Positions 1 through 12,686 of a DNA stretch of 64,000 nt are shown here, piece by piece (the first letter of the stretch is position 1; each line of letters starts with the position of its first letter). The stretch lies in NCBI GenBank assembly GCA_037447605.1, contig CM074806.1, positions 2,666,001-2,730,000 on the forward strand. The letters run 5' to 3'. The stretch comes from Zygnema circumcarinatum SAG 698-1b (lineage: Eukaryota > Plantae > Zygnematophyceae). The notes below the pieces were generated by a model. It worked only from the letters and a program-made list of their open reading frames with translations, was not told the DNA's origin and ran no database searches. Made by a program: the position numbers and the translations under genes.

Positions 1-228
1 CAAACAGCAGTATTTAGTAAACATTCGGCTCAGATTAGCAAGGGATTAATTTGCCAAACTGGGTCTCCTGCAGAACACCCAACCCCGAGCGGGACACCAC
101 GATCAGCAACTCAGAGGAAAGAGGAATAATCAGTTGAAGCCTAAACATCCCTAAAGACGCTAAGTTGAAAGCAGAATCCACAACACAACAGCACAGCAAG
201 AAATGACATTCTTCTGATGAGAATTCAC

Positions 229-2480
229 CTCTGTACGTGGTCAAGGATGAGCAGCCGGGGCCCAGGAGGGATCTTCACTTCTTGAAGCGCACTGCAATTT
301 ACGACAAGTTTGAAAAGACAAAAACGAATTTCTTCTGGATTGAATCTCTCCCAAAGAAATAGGCAATACACAGCAGATCAAGGATTGCATGAGAAAATGG
401 ACGTCATGAGCGTGATGATAATGACAAGACATGCATCCCAGTCCTAAAGTCACTAATAACCCATCAAAAGAGAAATGGGAACCAAAATTAAACTGATGTC
501 AAACGTAGTAAAGGTTCACACTTTGCCCAAAAACAAGAGAACAAGACAGTAACTCTCTTCCGGGATGTAAAAATGCAGATGGGCTCTGCACAGCAGGATG
601 CAAGGAGGGTAGCTCATTGATTCTCATGATTAAGGCGTCAAGTCAAATAAACGCTTTCTGAAAGGCTGAGTTCTGTCCTCACATGCGGCAGCTTCTTCTG
701 CAATGCAAGCGTCAAAACCCTCTCTGATGTCATGCCACAATCAGCAACTGTGCTCCTGATAGATGCTTCCACGACAGAATATGAGGAAACTTAACCTCGG
801 CCTAAAAAGTCACTGCGGACTCTGCTAAGAACCAATACAGCCTCACCACATGGCTGGACAGCCTCACCTGTCGTTAAGAAGTGGCAGTGTTTGGTCTGTA
901 AGCAAGCCCTTCTTGAAGTTTTTCTCGTACTTCTGCAGGCCAAGATTACTGAGCATGCTCTTTGTTCGCATGTAGTTCAGGTCATCAGCTGGCTGTTGAC
1001 TGAATTGTTGACCAACCTGCACCAATTCAATGAGCGAAGAAGCCATCAACATGCAATTCACTGAACTTGAGCCACGAACCACTCTCTTTCTTTCTTCTCC
1101 CCTCCCGCCATTTTCCCCCCTTCGTTCTCTAGTTCTCTTTACCACTCCAAAGACAGTAAATCGCCGTCACTGCTAATTTCGTGGAAGGTCGGATGTCGTT
1201 ACCTTATATATGCCACCCTGTATGAGTGCAAAAAATATGCCGGTCGAAATGGCATTGGCAGCAGGATTGGGGCCTCCCATTCCGCTCACAAAAGAGAATG
1301 CAAGGCCGGAACCAAAAGCTGCAGCCATGCTGCAAGCAAAGAGTACGGGACAGGTAATTGTCATGCAATGGGCCTGAATGGAAGTGACGCACCAGGGAGT
1401 TACTTGCCTTCTACGAAATATGATCAAGAAGAGAAAATCTCTCTCTCCCTTTCAATTTCGTTAAACAGAGGAAGCAAGATGGCAAGATGACAGGTGACTC
1501 GCTAAATCGCCTGAGATTTCTTTCACTAAACGAGAAAAGATAGAAGGCTAAAGACCAGAGGAAAAATTGACTATACATATTTCTTTTTCGTCCAAAAAAA
1601 ATCTAAAATTCCACTAATACGAATCCTGCAAGATATGGAAGTGAAAATCTCCCAAGTGCAAGCACTACTAATCACTCACTTGGTCTGAATGTCATCTACT
1701 CCCCCTCGCGCCCGCTTCATTGCTGCGGTGATTCCTGCATTGATGCCGGTCATAACCGCGAAATTCCGCGCCTGAGTCCATGGACCTCCCGCCAGCGCCT
1801 GTTTCCCCCCAGCAAAACAAGTAGTGATCAGAAACACAATAAGTAATGAAAGTAATAAATCCGGGAAAATAATCAACTTTCTTTGTCAGCAAGTAGAAGC
1901 TCAAAAACTTGAAAATGTATGCGTGCGCGTGCCTTGTGTTCCAGCAAGACAAAAAGGAGCATAAAAATGGCCCTGCTCCAGCCTCAAACAAATAAAGACG
2001 AATCATACAGGAGGACGTCTCTCCCAACTCAACAAAAGACAATTCAATGTCGAGTGACCCCCTTTTTCACCATCCAGTTTATCCCCCCTCGTCTTCAGAA
2101 GCTAAGAAACAGAAGGCCGTTAGTAATTCCAACACAACTTCCCAAACAATACTCACTAATAAAAAATATAGCTAATTGAACAACTTAAACATAAACTACA
2201 GCACCTACGGGATGACAGAGAGTAGGAATAGTAGAGTAGCTCCCACCTTCATCTTGCTCATGGTGGCTGCTGCCTCCGGCGTGATGGCGCCTGGCGGAGG
2301 GGCGATGTTGGTGGCCATGTCGCTGGTGAGGGTGCCCATCATGCCGCCGATGAAGCCGCCCTGCAGGCCGCTCGCCGCCGTCACCACCGCCACCTCCACA
2401 GCCGCCGGCTGCTGCTTCAGCCACGCCTTCACGCGCACCTCCACATCCTTCAGCTTCGCCTGCACTTGCGCCACCACCAT
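229..2480 (-). CDS. HP30: Tim17/Tim22/Tim23-family organellar import translocase subunit with C-terminal SAM domain (HP30-like); last few codons unresolved
   Basis: Exons 2480-2247, 1798-1680, 1329-1203, 1016-868, 291-229, all GT-AG and frame-consistent. Peptides MVVAQVQAKLKDVEVRVKAWLKQQ, QARNFAVMTGINAGI, FGSGLAFSFVSGMGG, LQKYEKNFKKGLLTDQTLPLLNDSALQEVKIPPGPRLLILDH match plant HP30 (family knowledge). The final exon ends in phase 2; the terminal mini-exon (near 150 or 68) is ambiguous. Confidence 0.88.
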
Positions 2481-2854
2481 GGCTGCACTCCCCCCCTCCC
2501 CCCCTCTCACTCTCTCCTTCCCTCCCGCTCCCTCTCCGCCACTGCCTCTCTTTTTCTGTCTCTTGCGCTTTCTTTACTGCCCTCTCGCCCTCCCTCCCTC
2601 CCTCCTCCGTTTTGTCGTGTGGCTGCTGGCACCTGATGGCCCGCAGTTTCACCTCCCTTCGCCCCCTCCCTCTTTTCGCGTCCCGCCTCGCGACACGTGT
2701 CCCTCCTTTTCTCTCTCTCCCTCTCTTCCTCTCTCTCCGACCCTCCCACCTTCACACGCCCCTTCACATAAACCCTCGGAATCTGTAGTGCGGCTCCCAA
2801 GGTTCAGGGCCGGACCCCGGCCAGAGGCCCAGACTCCAGAGCGGGCCCTTGACC

Positions 2855-3142
2855 GTACGGTACGGAGATGTCGTTTTTGGACCTGGGCTCGGCAGCGCAA
2901 GCGCTTTTCGCGTTTGCTCGTGGTTTCGTTTTTCCTCGTGGTTCCTTATGCCACCTTTGACTTCTATACGGCTCCAATCAGCCGATGCCAGCTCATGCAA
3001 CTCGACTTCTAGCCGTACATTGCAATGGATCCAAAAGGATACTATTCGTACGGCCTGTCGGCCGCTTTTTGTACGAATTCGAGTACGGCACTTTTAGAAT
3101 GTTCCAATCTGCAGACGGTCCGTCTGACTGTACGGTCCGTAC
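2855..3142. promoter_or_regulatory. Bidirectional HP30/FKBP53 promoter region with a cluster of 8 GTAC motifs
   Basis: The divergent ATGs at 2480 (-) and 3338 (+) are about 860 bp apart. GTAC at 2855, 2860, 3015, 3048, 3071, 3083, 3130, 3139, mostly as CGTAC/GTACGG. Flanked by CT/GA-rich UTR-like tracts. Confidence 0.6.
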
Positions 3143-3337
3143 GGCTCGAGGGTTCAGAGCCATCCGTTCAAATTCTGTCCCTGCCCGGCTGGCCCTCAGT
3201 CCTCGCCTCTCTCTCGTGAAGGGGGACGATTCTCTCCCGCATCCTCCCGTTCTTTCGCTCGCTCTCTCTCTCTCTCTCGCTCTCTCTTTCCCTCTCTCCC
3301 GCCGCGTGGGCGCGGCTGCCTCCTCCGCCACTTCATC

Positions 3338-6300
3338 ATGGCGTTCTGGGGTGAGCGGGAGGGTGGCTGGGCGGGAGAAGGAGGCAGCGAGGGCAGGGCA
3401 GGAGGGTGGAGCTCTGTGCTTGGAGCTGGAGTGCGCGGTTGGCAGCGTGGGGACGCCTCTGACTCGTGGTCGTTCCGTGCTGTGCTGTGCTGTGTGCAGG
3501 CGTGGAGGTGAAGCCGGGGAAGGCGTATCGCCACTCGCCCGACGACGGCAATGGCAGCCAGCTGCACCTCTCGCAGGTCACCTCTCTCGCGCTTTCTCTC
3601 ATCGCATTCATTCTCTCTCTCTAACATAGTGCCTGGAAATTTAATTAGAGTAGGAAAAATGGCCACAGGTATGCTGAAGCGGAGAAATGAAATGTAAAGC
3701 TCGTTCATTTTCTTCACATATATTTTCTTAATCATTTTGTAGCTTGAAAGGCTTTTTCCAAAACTATTTTGATGCTGTCTTGGTTATCTTTCATTACTAT
3801 CTGCAGGCAACACTGGGGTTGACTGCGAAATCCAAGGAGAGGGTTGTGCTGAGCGGTAAAGTGGCGGATCAGAAGAGCGTTCTGCTCTGTTCCCTATCTA
3901 TGGGAGTGTTGGAATCGTGTCCTCTCGACCTAATTTTCGATGAAGAAGTTATTTTTTCAGTAAAAGGCTCGTCGAGCATCCATTTGAGTGGATATTATAT
4001 GCCCCTGTCGTCGGGGCACAGCCACGATGATGACGAGGATGAGGAGGAAGATTATGAGTAAGTATCCAATCACGCAATTGCTTACTGCCAAACATTATGG
4101 GTTTGGTCAGCTACCGTTTCAAGAGATGTCAAAAGCCAGCATGAACCATTGCTTTGCAGTATGAAGACGAACATGGTTTTTTTTTTCAAGAAAAAAGTTG
4201 CCGTTGAATTCCTGTTTGATTGCTTCGGGACTCCCGCACGACTCATGTTAAATTTGGAGAATCAAGTGGAGATCAGAGGGTTTTTAAATACTCAAGTGAC
4301 TCTTCGACTTTAGACGCTTTTATTTTCCGCTCTCGTAAGAAACCCTCCTACTATCAAAATTCTTTCGCATTTCTGAAGTATGTGGCGAAGTTGGGCTTGA
4401 GGGTGTTCAGTGATGGCTATGTGGATGGCGAGGCTGATGAATTTGACTCCGATGACGTCATGGACGATTTTGACTTGGGTTACGATGAAGACGACGAGGA
4501 CAGCGAAGATGACGATGAAGAGGATGACGAGGATGACGTGCATTACACAATTCTTCAGTCTGGGACCAGTGGAGGTGAGTGAGAGGCGCTTCGTGGCTGG
4601 GTAACTTTGGTGTTTATCATTTTTATTGTTTCACCTTTTCCTTCCGTTTGCGAGGTTGTCAGATGTGATAGTTTTGTCATTTACCTTCACGTAGAGGTTT
4701 TTAAGAAAGTATTCGCCAGGTGTATGCTTACTCATTTGTGCAGCTCTATACCATAGGGGAAGGTCGGAACTGGCTGCATGGGGTCGTTCTCAACCTTAAA
4801 TCTTTCATGAGGTTTATCACACGCAAGCCAACAACTTATTGTTGCAGGCTTCAAAAATCTATGTCACATTTTAGCATTTAGTTTCTAGCGCTCTCGCTGC
4901 ATTGGACCTGTAGGTGGGAAGCGGGGGGTCATAAGGAGAAGGTGGGGCAGGGATGCGTCATACGAAAATAATTGTTTCAAGAAGGAGAACGTGCATGCAA
5001 CCGTGAAGAGAAACAGTGTATACTTGTAGTCCTAATGTGACCGTTGAAATATGGCTGCATGAACAGCTGATTAGGATTGAATAAGCAGATGGGTAGGCCA
5101 ACCAGAGGTCATGCCAGTGAGGTCCACCTGAAGAACAGTGTCTTTGTCTTGGGGCAGTGAGGATTGAGGAGGTCACGGATGAGGAAGCAGCGAAGGAGAA
5201 ATCTAAAGCTCCCCAAGCTCTGTTGGGACCGCCAAAGGTGGAGGAGTTGGATGAGGACAAGGAGGAAAAGGAGGCTCCACCTAAGAAAGCAGTTGAAGCG
5301 AAGGCTCTTCCCCAAGGAAAACCAGAAAAGAAAGGCAAGAAGGAGCGGGTGCAGAATGGGGATGTAGGAAAGGTAGTAGAGGCGAAGAAAGTGGATGAGC
5401 AGGCAAAGAAGACGGGGGAGGAGCTGGATGAGGATGAAGATGGGTTTGAAGTGAAGGGCAAGCGGCCTTCACCGGCTGGAGGTGCAGAAGGGAAGGCGAA
5501 AAAGAAGCAAGCAGTTGTATCTGCACAGTAAGTAAAAAGACTCGAAGTTTTTTTTAAGCCCCTAAGACGCAAATGCCCGTTGTAGTGACTTCATGAACAT
5601 GCATGCTTCTATATGTGTAAAATTCAATGGGCGTAGCTATTTCATGCGACTTAATTTTCAGTCAAAGGCTTAAAGGAGTCAGCAATCACGCTGTGCTGCA
5701 GGGATACTCCTACGGCAGCGGTTTCTCACACTGAACCCGTATTGAAAAGCGAGACACAGGGCGAGGAGAAGAAGGGGAGTATGGAGCCCGGACCTGAAAA
5801 AATGAAGAAAAAGAAGAAAGTGAAAGGTCAAGAGGCTGGAGGAGAGGAGACGAAAGTCGAGTCTGTAGCAGCAACAGCCAATGATGCAGAGCCACCTGTG
5901 GCTGTAGCGGAGACGACTGCAGCAGCAAAGCAGAAAGAAAAAGGGAAGGAGAAGCAGGAGACAGAGAAAGAGAAGGAAAAAGGAAAGGATACGGTGAAGG
6001 AGAAGAAGGAGAAGAAGGAGAAGGAGAAAACGAAGGGGTCAGAAAAGGCGGATGCAAAAGATCAAGCTTCAGCAACGGCAGGCGCAATGGCCAAAGCTTC
6101 AGCTCCAGTGGTCCGGAGATTTCCTAACGGTCTCGAAATTCATGAACTGGCCATGGGGAATCCGAGCGGCAAGCAGGCGAAGGAGGGAAAAAGGGTGAGT
6201 GGACTAGAGGAAAAACAAAATCCTATTTTTCTTTCCTTAAATAGAGCGGAGGATCTAGTGAGCAGTGTGCATGCCGAGCTCTGCCGTGAGGGCTTTCAAC

Positions 6301-7268
6301 AGTGGGATGAATGCACTTGACTAACCTAGTTGGTTATTGTGTCTTGCAGATATCGATGCATTATACTGGGAAACTGAAGAATGGGAAGGTCTTTGATTCC
6401 AGCATCGGAAAAAAACCCTTTTCTTTCCGCCTCGGTAATGATGTCTGCAGCGCCCTTATTAAATTGCAATTTTGTAGTGTTTCGTTCATTTTTGACATAC
6501 CCAAAGAAGTACATTCGGTGCACGTTTGGTTGTTGTGCAATCTAGTCATGATCTTCCTTAGCTTATGCAAAAGCTGTTCTCAAATAATGAGTGGTGTGAC
6601 AATGGACTTTGCAGGAGTGGGTGAAGTGATTAAGGGATGGGATGTCGGAGTAAATGGTAAGCTGTGGCCGCATATTCTTGTGAATCACTGTCCTGTCTAA
6701 TCCAACTCAATCTTCAGCACAGTTGTATTGGAAACAAAGACAACTGCAATTGAGTTTGTACCTGCTGGGCTTCCAGTTTGAAATAGGGTATTTGCCATGG
6801 CGTCAGAGAGACTGTAGAAGCTTCATAGAATGTAGGCCCATCGGCTTGAAAGTAGAAGTTTTCAGAGTATCCGTATCTCACTTGAGGAGAGCTGCTGATG
6901 GACTGCAGGCATGCGGGTCGGTGATAAAAGACGCCTATTAATCCCTCCTCAAATGGCGTAAGTGCTTTCCTCCCATGATCCTTCAAACCATGACTTTGGA
7001 GGTGCCTCAGTAATTGCTGTCTTCAAGAGAAGCTGTCGATTCAGTAAGGTTGTGTACGCGTCTACTTGGCAAAGTGCCCATCTAAATTTGGCCCTTAACT
7101 TGGAGGGGATGCTGAGGGAAGTGTTCTTGGTTCCTTTTGCCTTCTTGAGCATGGCTCTCAGTAGAATTAGTTTCTGTGGTGTGCAGGTATGGGCCAAAGG
7201 GTGTTCCGGGCACCATTCCAGGAAATGCTTGGCTGACATTCGACGTGGAGCTTATCGATGTGAAGTAG
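3338..7268 (+). CDS. FKBP53: FKBP53-like nucleoplasmin-domain/FKBP peptidyl-prolyl isomerase (histone chaperone), ~541 aa
   Basis: Exons 3338-3350, 3500-3576, 3807-4057, 4411-4574, 5158-5527, 5702-6194, 6350-6434, 6615-6656, 6909-6957, 7187-7268 (1626 nt, in frame). MAFWGVEVKPGK...LHLSQATLG nucleoplasmin-like N-terminus, acidic tract, K/E-rich linker, FKBP domain ([57 protein letters not shown]). Confidence 0.95.
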
Positions 7269-8151
7269 GGTCTCAAACGAGAGGGATTGAATGCGGCTGC
7301 TTGATTGTAAGGGGGTCCAAGGCTCTCTTCTCTACAATTTTTGGTCACAAATTCATTCATTGTAGGCATGTGGTGAGAACTCGAAATGAGTTCTGGAGTT
7401 TTTTTGTCCAACGCTGTTCGTGAAAACTGGATATGTGGGAGTATCTATGGGAGGCTATGCAGATGGAATGGGCAGCTGGAGTCTTTCAGTTAGAATGAAA
7501 AATCTTCTTGTAGAATTTTGGCTAAAGGCGAAAAATGCAAAAGTTCACAATATTGCAGAGTGAAACCAATCCCTAGCAAATATTGACGTGCTTGCCACTT
7601 TCATATGGCTGGCGTATGCTTTCTGCCAAGTCGTCAGCCACTGCATATGGCATGGCATGCAGATACAGTGCGTGTCTATGTTACAAATCTGATTGGTTAC
7701 ATCCGTAGTTGAAAAGCCGAAACGTTATCTTCAGCTTCAGCTTTAGGAACATCAGCATGACTGGGACTGGATTCAAACGGAGGAGAAAATGGAGAGTGGA
7801 CCGCCTCCAATAAAAAAACGTTCCACTTGGTGACTATGCCATGGACCAATGGAGGACTTATTGAAAATCGTTTTTGTCAAACAATGCGAAAAGACCTTCT
7901 CAGGGATTGAGCGCACGGCACAAGTGATCTCTCACTTTGGCAGCGCCTGAAGCTAACGATGACTTTCAACGTATATCTTGGTTCCATGAATAATTTCGTT
8001 GAGCATTGTTGGAGTAAGAAAAATGTCAGCAATAGATATTTTTCATACTTTAACGCATTGAAAGTCATTGCGCACTACCTGAGAGTAGCGCACCACTGGC
8101 TAGAACTTCGGGGAATTTTTATGACAGATGAGCAAGTTTCACATATTTTTA

Positions 8152-8213
8152 AAACATCTCTGTATTTGATACCTCCCTCCTGAAACATCTCTGTATTTGA
8201 TACCTCCCTCCTG
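8152..8213. repeat. Perfect 31-bp tandem duplication
   Basis: AAACATCTCTGTATTTGATACCTCCCTCCTG at 8152-8182 and 8183-8213. Confidence 0.9.
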
Positions 8214-9337
8214 AAGAGCCTTTTCTGGGCACCTTGTCACCTTGTCACCTTGTACCGTAATATCTTGCCTACAGAGATTACTCCATACTTTCCCCAATTC
8301 ATGTACTGAATATGCCAACGCCTGACTTTCACAGATCTTAGGGAGCACACCTCGTGCAGCACGACATATAAAGCTCTTAAGAATCTGGCGCACACTCATC
8401 TTAGCACATCAAGGGTCCATAACCTGAGAATGCTGTATGGTTTTTTTGTCAAACAGACAGGTCAACAGGGGGCAAATGATACATACACAGCAATACTACC
8501 TGCAGTCCTGCACAAGCTTGAGAGGTGTGGTGTCAACTGCAGAGAGAAGAACGTCCACGATATCAAAACGTCATTCACTATGGCTATTTTTCCGAGTTTG
8601 CCCTTTCATTTCGGTCTTGGGTTCTTCCAAATAACATGGTTCTGAGGTACTAGTGACGAATGGGATTGGAGGTGAATAAATGCGATAGGCATGCAGGCAC
8701 CTGACATATGTTGCTAACCACAATCTTCTCTTGCTAGTACGAAATGATTGCCAATACCTCCTTCCAACACTACGACACAGATCTTTCAGGTACATTTTTT
8801 CAGTGCTCAACACCCTCAACAACCAAAAACCGCTCAGCTTCTTATGGGTCCAACACTAAGAGAAACTGGAACACAGCTCTGAAGTCCTTCCATTCAAGAG
8901 GCTTTACTTCGAAAATTAATCCTTACCTTTAAACGCATAGGAGTTTGACAATCAGAAAAAGCAAAGTAAGACTTGTATTTCAGGTTCTTTACAACTCACT
9001 TCTGCTCACGACCTGGGCCTGCCAAGAGAGGCCACTTACATTATCATGCCACCTTGGATTCAATCGCTGGTATGAAAAAGTTCACCGACTTCGACGGGGT
9101 TTCATCCCCCCGTCCAGCACATCCCGCAATCCAAACCAGGTTCAAGAGAAAATCTGACACTTAGGAGTCCAATAGAGTTCGCATGCATTAAACAGCCAAT
9201 TATCTGAAGCCACCACAAAGTCAGCAATACAGGTGGTTCCTTTCCACCTTCCCACACCAAACCATAAAAACTCTCACGAGTCAGTGGCAATAGCCGGGAG
9301 AGACCATAGAGACCCCGAACCCTGGAAGCTCTTCCTT

Positions 9338-9395
9338 TGTTTGATCAACACTTAAGACGAAACTAATGTTTGATCAACACTTAACACGAAACTAA
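9338..9395. repeat. 29-bp tandem duplication (1 mismatch)
   Basis: TGTTTGATCAACACTTAA(G/C)ACGAAACTAA twice, downstream of the RAMP4 stop codon. Confidence 0.9.
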
Positions 9396-9618
9396 TTTCA
9401 TTTTTTTTAAAGAATGTCATAAACGGAACAACGGATAATGCTTTTGTCAAAAGGACACTGTACAACTCAGCTGGTTCAGCCATACATATTGGCTGACTTG
9501 AAGCAAGGCCGGAGGATATAGCAGGTTGTTGCTCGGATCAATGCACCGACTGACGATCATATAGAACACCGAATACTGGCCAAAAAATACTATTTATCGG
9601 TTTGTGTATCAGAAGAGG

Positions 9619-10331
9619 CTACATCCCTCCAATGCCTGCTTGGGCTGTCCTAATAATCTGGAATATGGCTGCAAAATCAAACAAGACAAAGATCGCAAGA
9701 CTTTAATCACCCAATTGCATTTTCACCACCGAGACTTGATCAGGCCATTGAAGCCTCATAGGTGTCTATCAGAATGGTAGGCAGGATTAAGGAAGACGAA
9801 AACCACACAAGAGCAGAATCCCAGCCAACCAATCCATGAGAACAAACGGACATTACCAAACGACAGTCTGAATACAAGGAATCGCTGGCAAAAAACTGCA
9901 CATTCTCAACTGCATCTGCCTGCTCAACGAGTTGAACAAACCAAACAGAAAAAACTGAGCGAATCCAGTGGTTACCTGAGCCGATGACCACGAAGAGAAA
10001 AAATCCAAGAGCGATTGGACCAACAGGGTACTGCGACCCCTTCTTTATCCTCGTCTCCGGAACATTCCCTCTCTTCAGAACATTCTTCTCAAACTTCTTT
10101 ATCTTGCGATCAGCTAGCCGTCTTGACGTTGTCTGCACAGCTCCATCAGCAACCACCTTCTCTCAATAAACATGCTACTGCAACCCTGCTGCCGCAATAA
10201 CAAGACACGTGACAATGCAAAACAACCGAATGCTAGAGTGTCAGCCTTCCAAGCACCCACCCCTCTTCCCTCCAAAAAATCCGCCCAAACTAAAGTTTGA
10301 CAACTGGCACCGCCATCAAAAACCCTACCAT
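9619..10331 (-). CDS. RAMP4: RAMP4/SERP1 stress-associated ER protein, 69 aa
   Basis: Exons 10331-10329 (ATG only, followed by GTAGGG donor), 10132-9976, 9668-9619. Protein MTTSRRLADRKIKKFEKNVLKRGNVPET...YPVGPIALGFFLFVVIGSAIFQIIRTAQAGIGGM*. Confidence 0.93.
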
Positions 10332-12519
10332 AGTGCTGACTTCCGCTTGCACAGTCGCTGCAAACCACAAGCTCCAGGAGGCACCTTGCTGCCGCTACTG
10401 CTACCCTCCGCCCTGCCCTCCACCCTGCTTTCCGCCCTGCAAGCTAGCAAGCAAGCAAACGCGCCCCTTCCTTTCAAGCCGAGGGACGAGCTACCCTTCC
10501 GCCTGCCAAGCTCCGAAGGCTCCTCCGCCAACTGCCTCGTCTCTCCGGGCCGGCCCGAGGGCAGGGCAAGGCCTGTCCGTACACCTTGGAGCCCCTACTT
10601 TTTTTTTGTCGCGACGTCGGAAACAATCGAGTTGGCCGGGGCAGGTTTTGCAATTGGATTAAAAATAGGGTCAAGATTTCAAATATTTTTTTGGGAAAAC
10701 TTTGATAATTATTTAAGAATACGTATGTTACAAAGTGGAAAATTGTGCGACGATACATCCGTCAGCATTGAACTTTTCGGTACTTCAAGTACTGTTTCTG
10801 GTTTACGTCTATTGCGAATTTCCATTGGCCTTTCAAATTTGAAAAAGGAAAATGGCAAGTGATCTTTTTCCGGTCTGATCAAACTTTTGACATCAATTTT
10901 TTTGCGGCGGATTCCGGCGGTCCCATTGATTTGCCAACTCAGACACGTGCAGTCTCCGTCGCTGATTGGCGGGGAGTTTTTTTTCCTCTCTCTATATGAC
11001 CCTTCGCCAGGAAAAAGTTGGTCAACGCCGGCAGTCAGCGACCGGCCATCCCGTCGAAATATTCGATTCAGCTTCTGGAATTGTTTTGCATGTCTCTAGT
11101 CTTGACCTGGGCCGATCTCAATCTCCAGTGGAATCTCGGAATCTCAGCCGTCGATTTTCCCGGCCCAACCAACTAGCCGCCGATTCGCTCGAATCGATGG
11201 ATTCAACCATCCTCCGGTTACCGCAATCTCTTGGCAGAGCTAAACATTGCCAATGGTTCCAACTATTGGTTGCAACGGTTGGTGACCATTGGTGGCAATG
11301 CTTGGCAGCCATCTGTTACCAATGGTTTGCGAACTGGTGGCTAGCAAACAATAGTTTTTCAGATGGTTCGACCTTTCAAGTGTTGAACTTTACCGCACTT
11401 AAAGCATGAACTTGGCGAAATCTTGCTCTAAAACATAGAAATGTTCCCTCAAGGAACCGGACTCATCACTTCACTTATTCTGCAAGGTTTTTGTTGTCAT
11501 GGCGCGCCTTAAACAATCGCAGGAGAAGACCTTTCAGTAAATGTCGGAAATTCCTTCTGTGTGGGTGAACGATAAATTCCTTTGCTCACTTTGCATAAAG
11601 ACAAGCCCTGGCTGTGGATCACAAAGGTACAAGCGAAACATCTTAACATGTTCTATCCCTTTAGTTAACGAATGTACCTTAGACAGAGCAATATGTAGAG
11701 GACATCTGATAGATTCAAGACTGCACCTGGCTTCTATGAGGTAAAGAAACCCTACGATTGTTTACCACAAACCACAAAAAAGTGATGGAGAAAGCAACTT
11801 GTGAAGTGTAGTTTCACCTCACCTCGACGCTCTCCAAACTGCAAACTAGACGTCTTAACAAGCCACCATACATGAAGCATGCAGAATGGGCAGGCAAAAT
11901 TTTCAAAAGGGGGGTGCGAAAGCCAAAATAGGGGGGTGCAGTAGAATTCTCCAAACTTGAATTGCTCTCGCACTGACCGTACATTTCATCCATACGACCG
12001 TACATTCATACGATTCCAGCCATTCTAAAAGTGTTTTATGAAACGGCCTGACTTTTAGAAGTTTTTGATTGGAATTCTAATACACGACCCTGCGTTCAAT
12101 GAAATTTTCCCTGCGTTCGAATGAATGATGTTCGCTCCTTTCGGTTCGAATGAATGTCAACACCTAATCTACTTCGCTAGCGCGAGGACGCCACGTGGCG
12201 CAAGCGCGAATATCGTATCGTGTCGTATCGTATCCTGTTCCCTCGCTGCCAAAGCCGCCGTCCTCCGTCCGTCCGCAGTTCGCCGCTGCGAGAGGGGGTT
12301 CTCGTGGTTTCGAGGACTTGGGCCGCGGGGACGCGACGTGGCGCCCGGCGGAGCCTGAACTCTGTCCATGGCCACATCGTGTCCGCCCATTGCGCGTGCG
12401 AGTGAGGGCAATTGACGGCTCTGGTTCCACTACGGTTTGGACCAAAAAAACCGCGCCCCGTTGTTTTAGCCGGGACGTGGACGGCTCACACGGAACTCGC
12501 ATGTGGAGGCCCACACTCT

Positions 12520-12686
12520 GTACCATTCACACTTTCCGTACCTTTGTTTGTACTGTTGGTACCATTCACACTTTCCGTTCTTTTGCTCGTACGTTTGGTA
12601 CCATTCACACTTTCCGTACATTTGTTCGTACCGTTCGTACCATTCACACTTTCCGTACCTTTGTTTGTACTGTTGATACCATTCAC
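12520..12686. repeat. 39-bp tandem array (4 full units; the 5th is split by the hAT insertion and resumes at 13572)
   Basis: Units start at 12520, 12559, 12598, 12637, 12676. Each begins (G/A)TACCATTCACACTTTCCGT. Units 1 and 4 are identical. The four full units contain 11 GTAC. Confidence 0.93.

Noticed and set aside
2176-3629. Long ORFs 2176-3012 (+), 2185-2652 (-), 2985-3629 (+), 3196-3735 (-)
   Set aside because: Shadow frames over GC-rich first exons and CT/GA microsatellite UTRs; low-complexity products with no family motifs.
12520-12686. 39-bp array as a CRISPR array (constant ~20 nt plus variable ~19 nt)
   Set aside because: The 'spacers' are related to each other and too short, units 1 and 4 are identical, the context is eukaryotic, and no cas genes are present.
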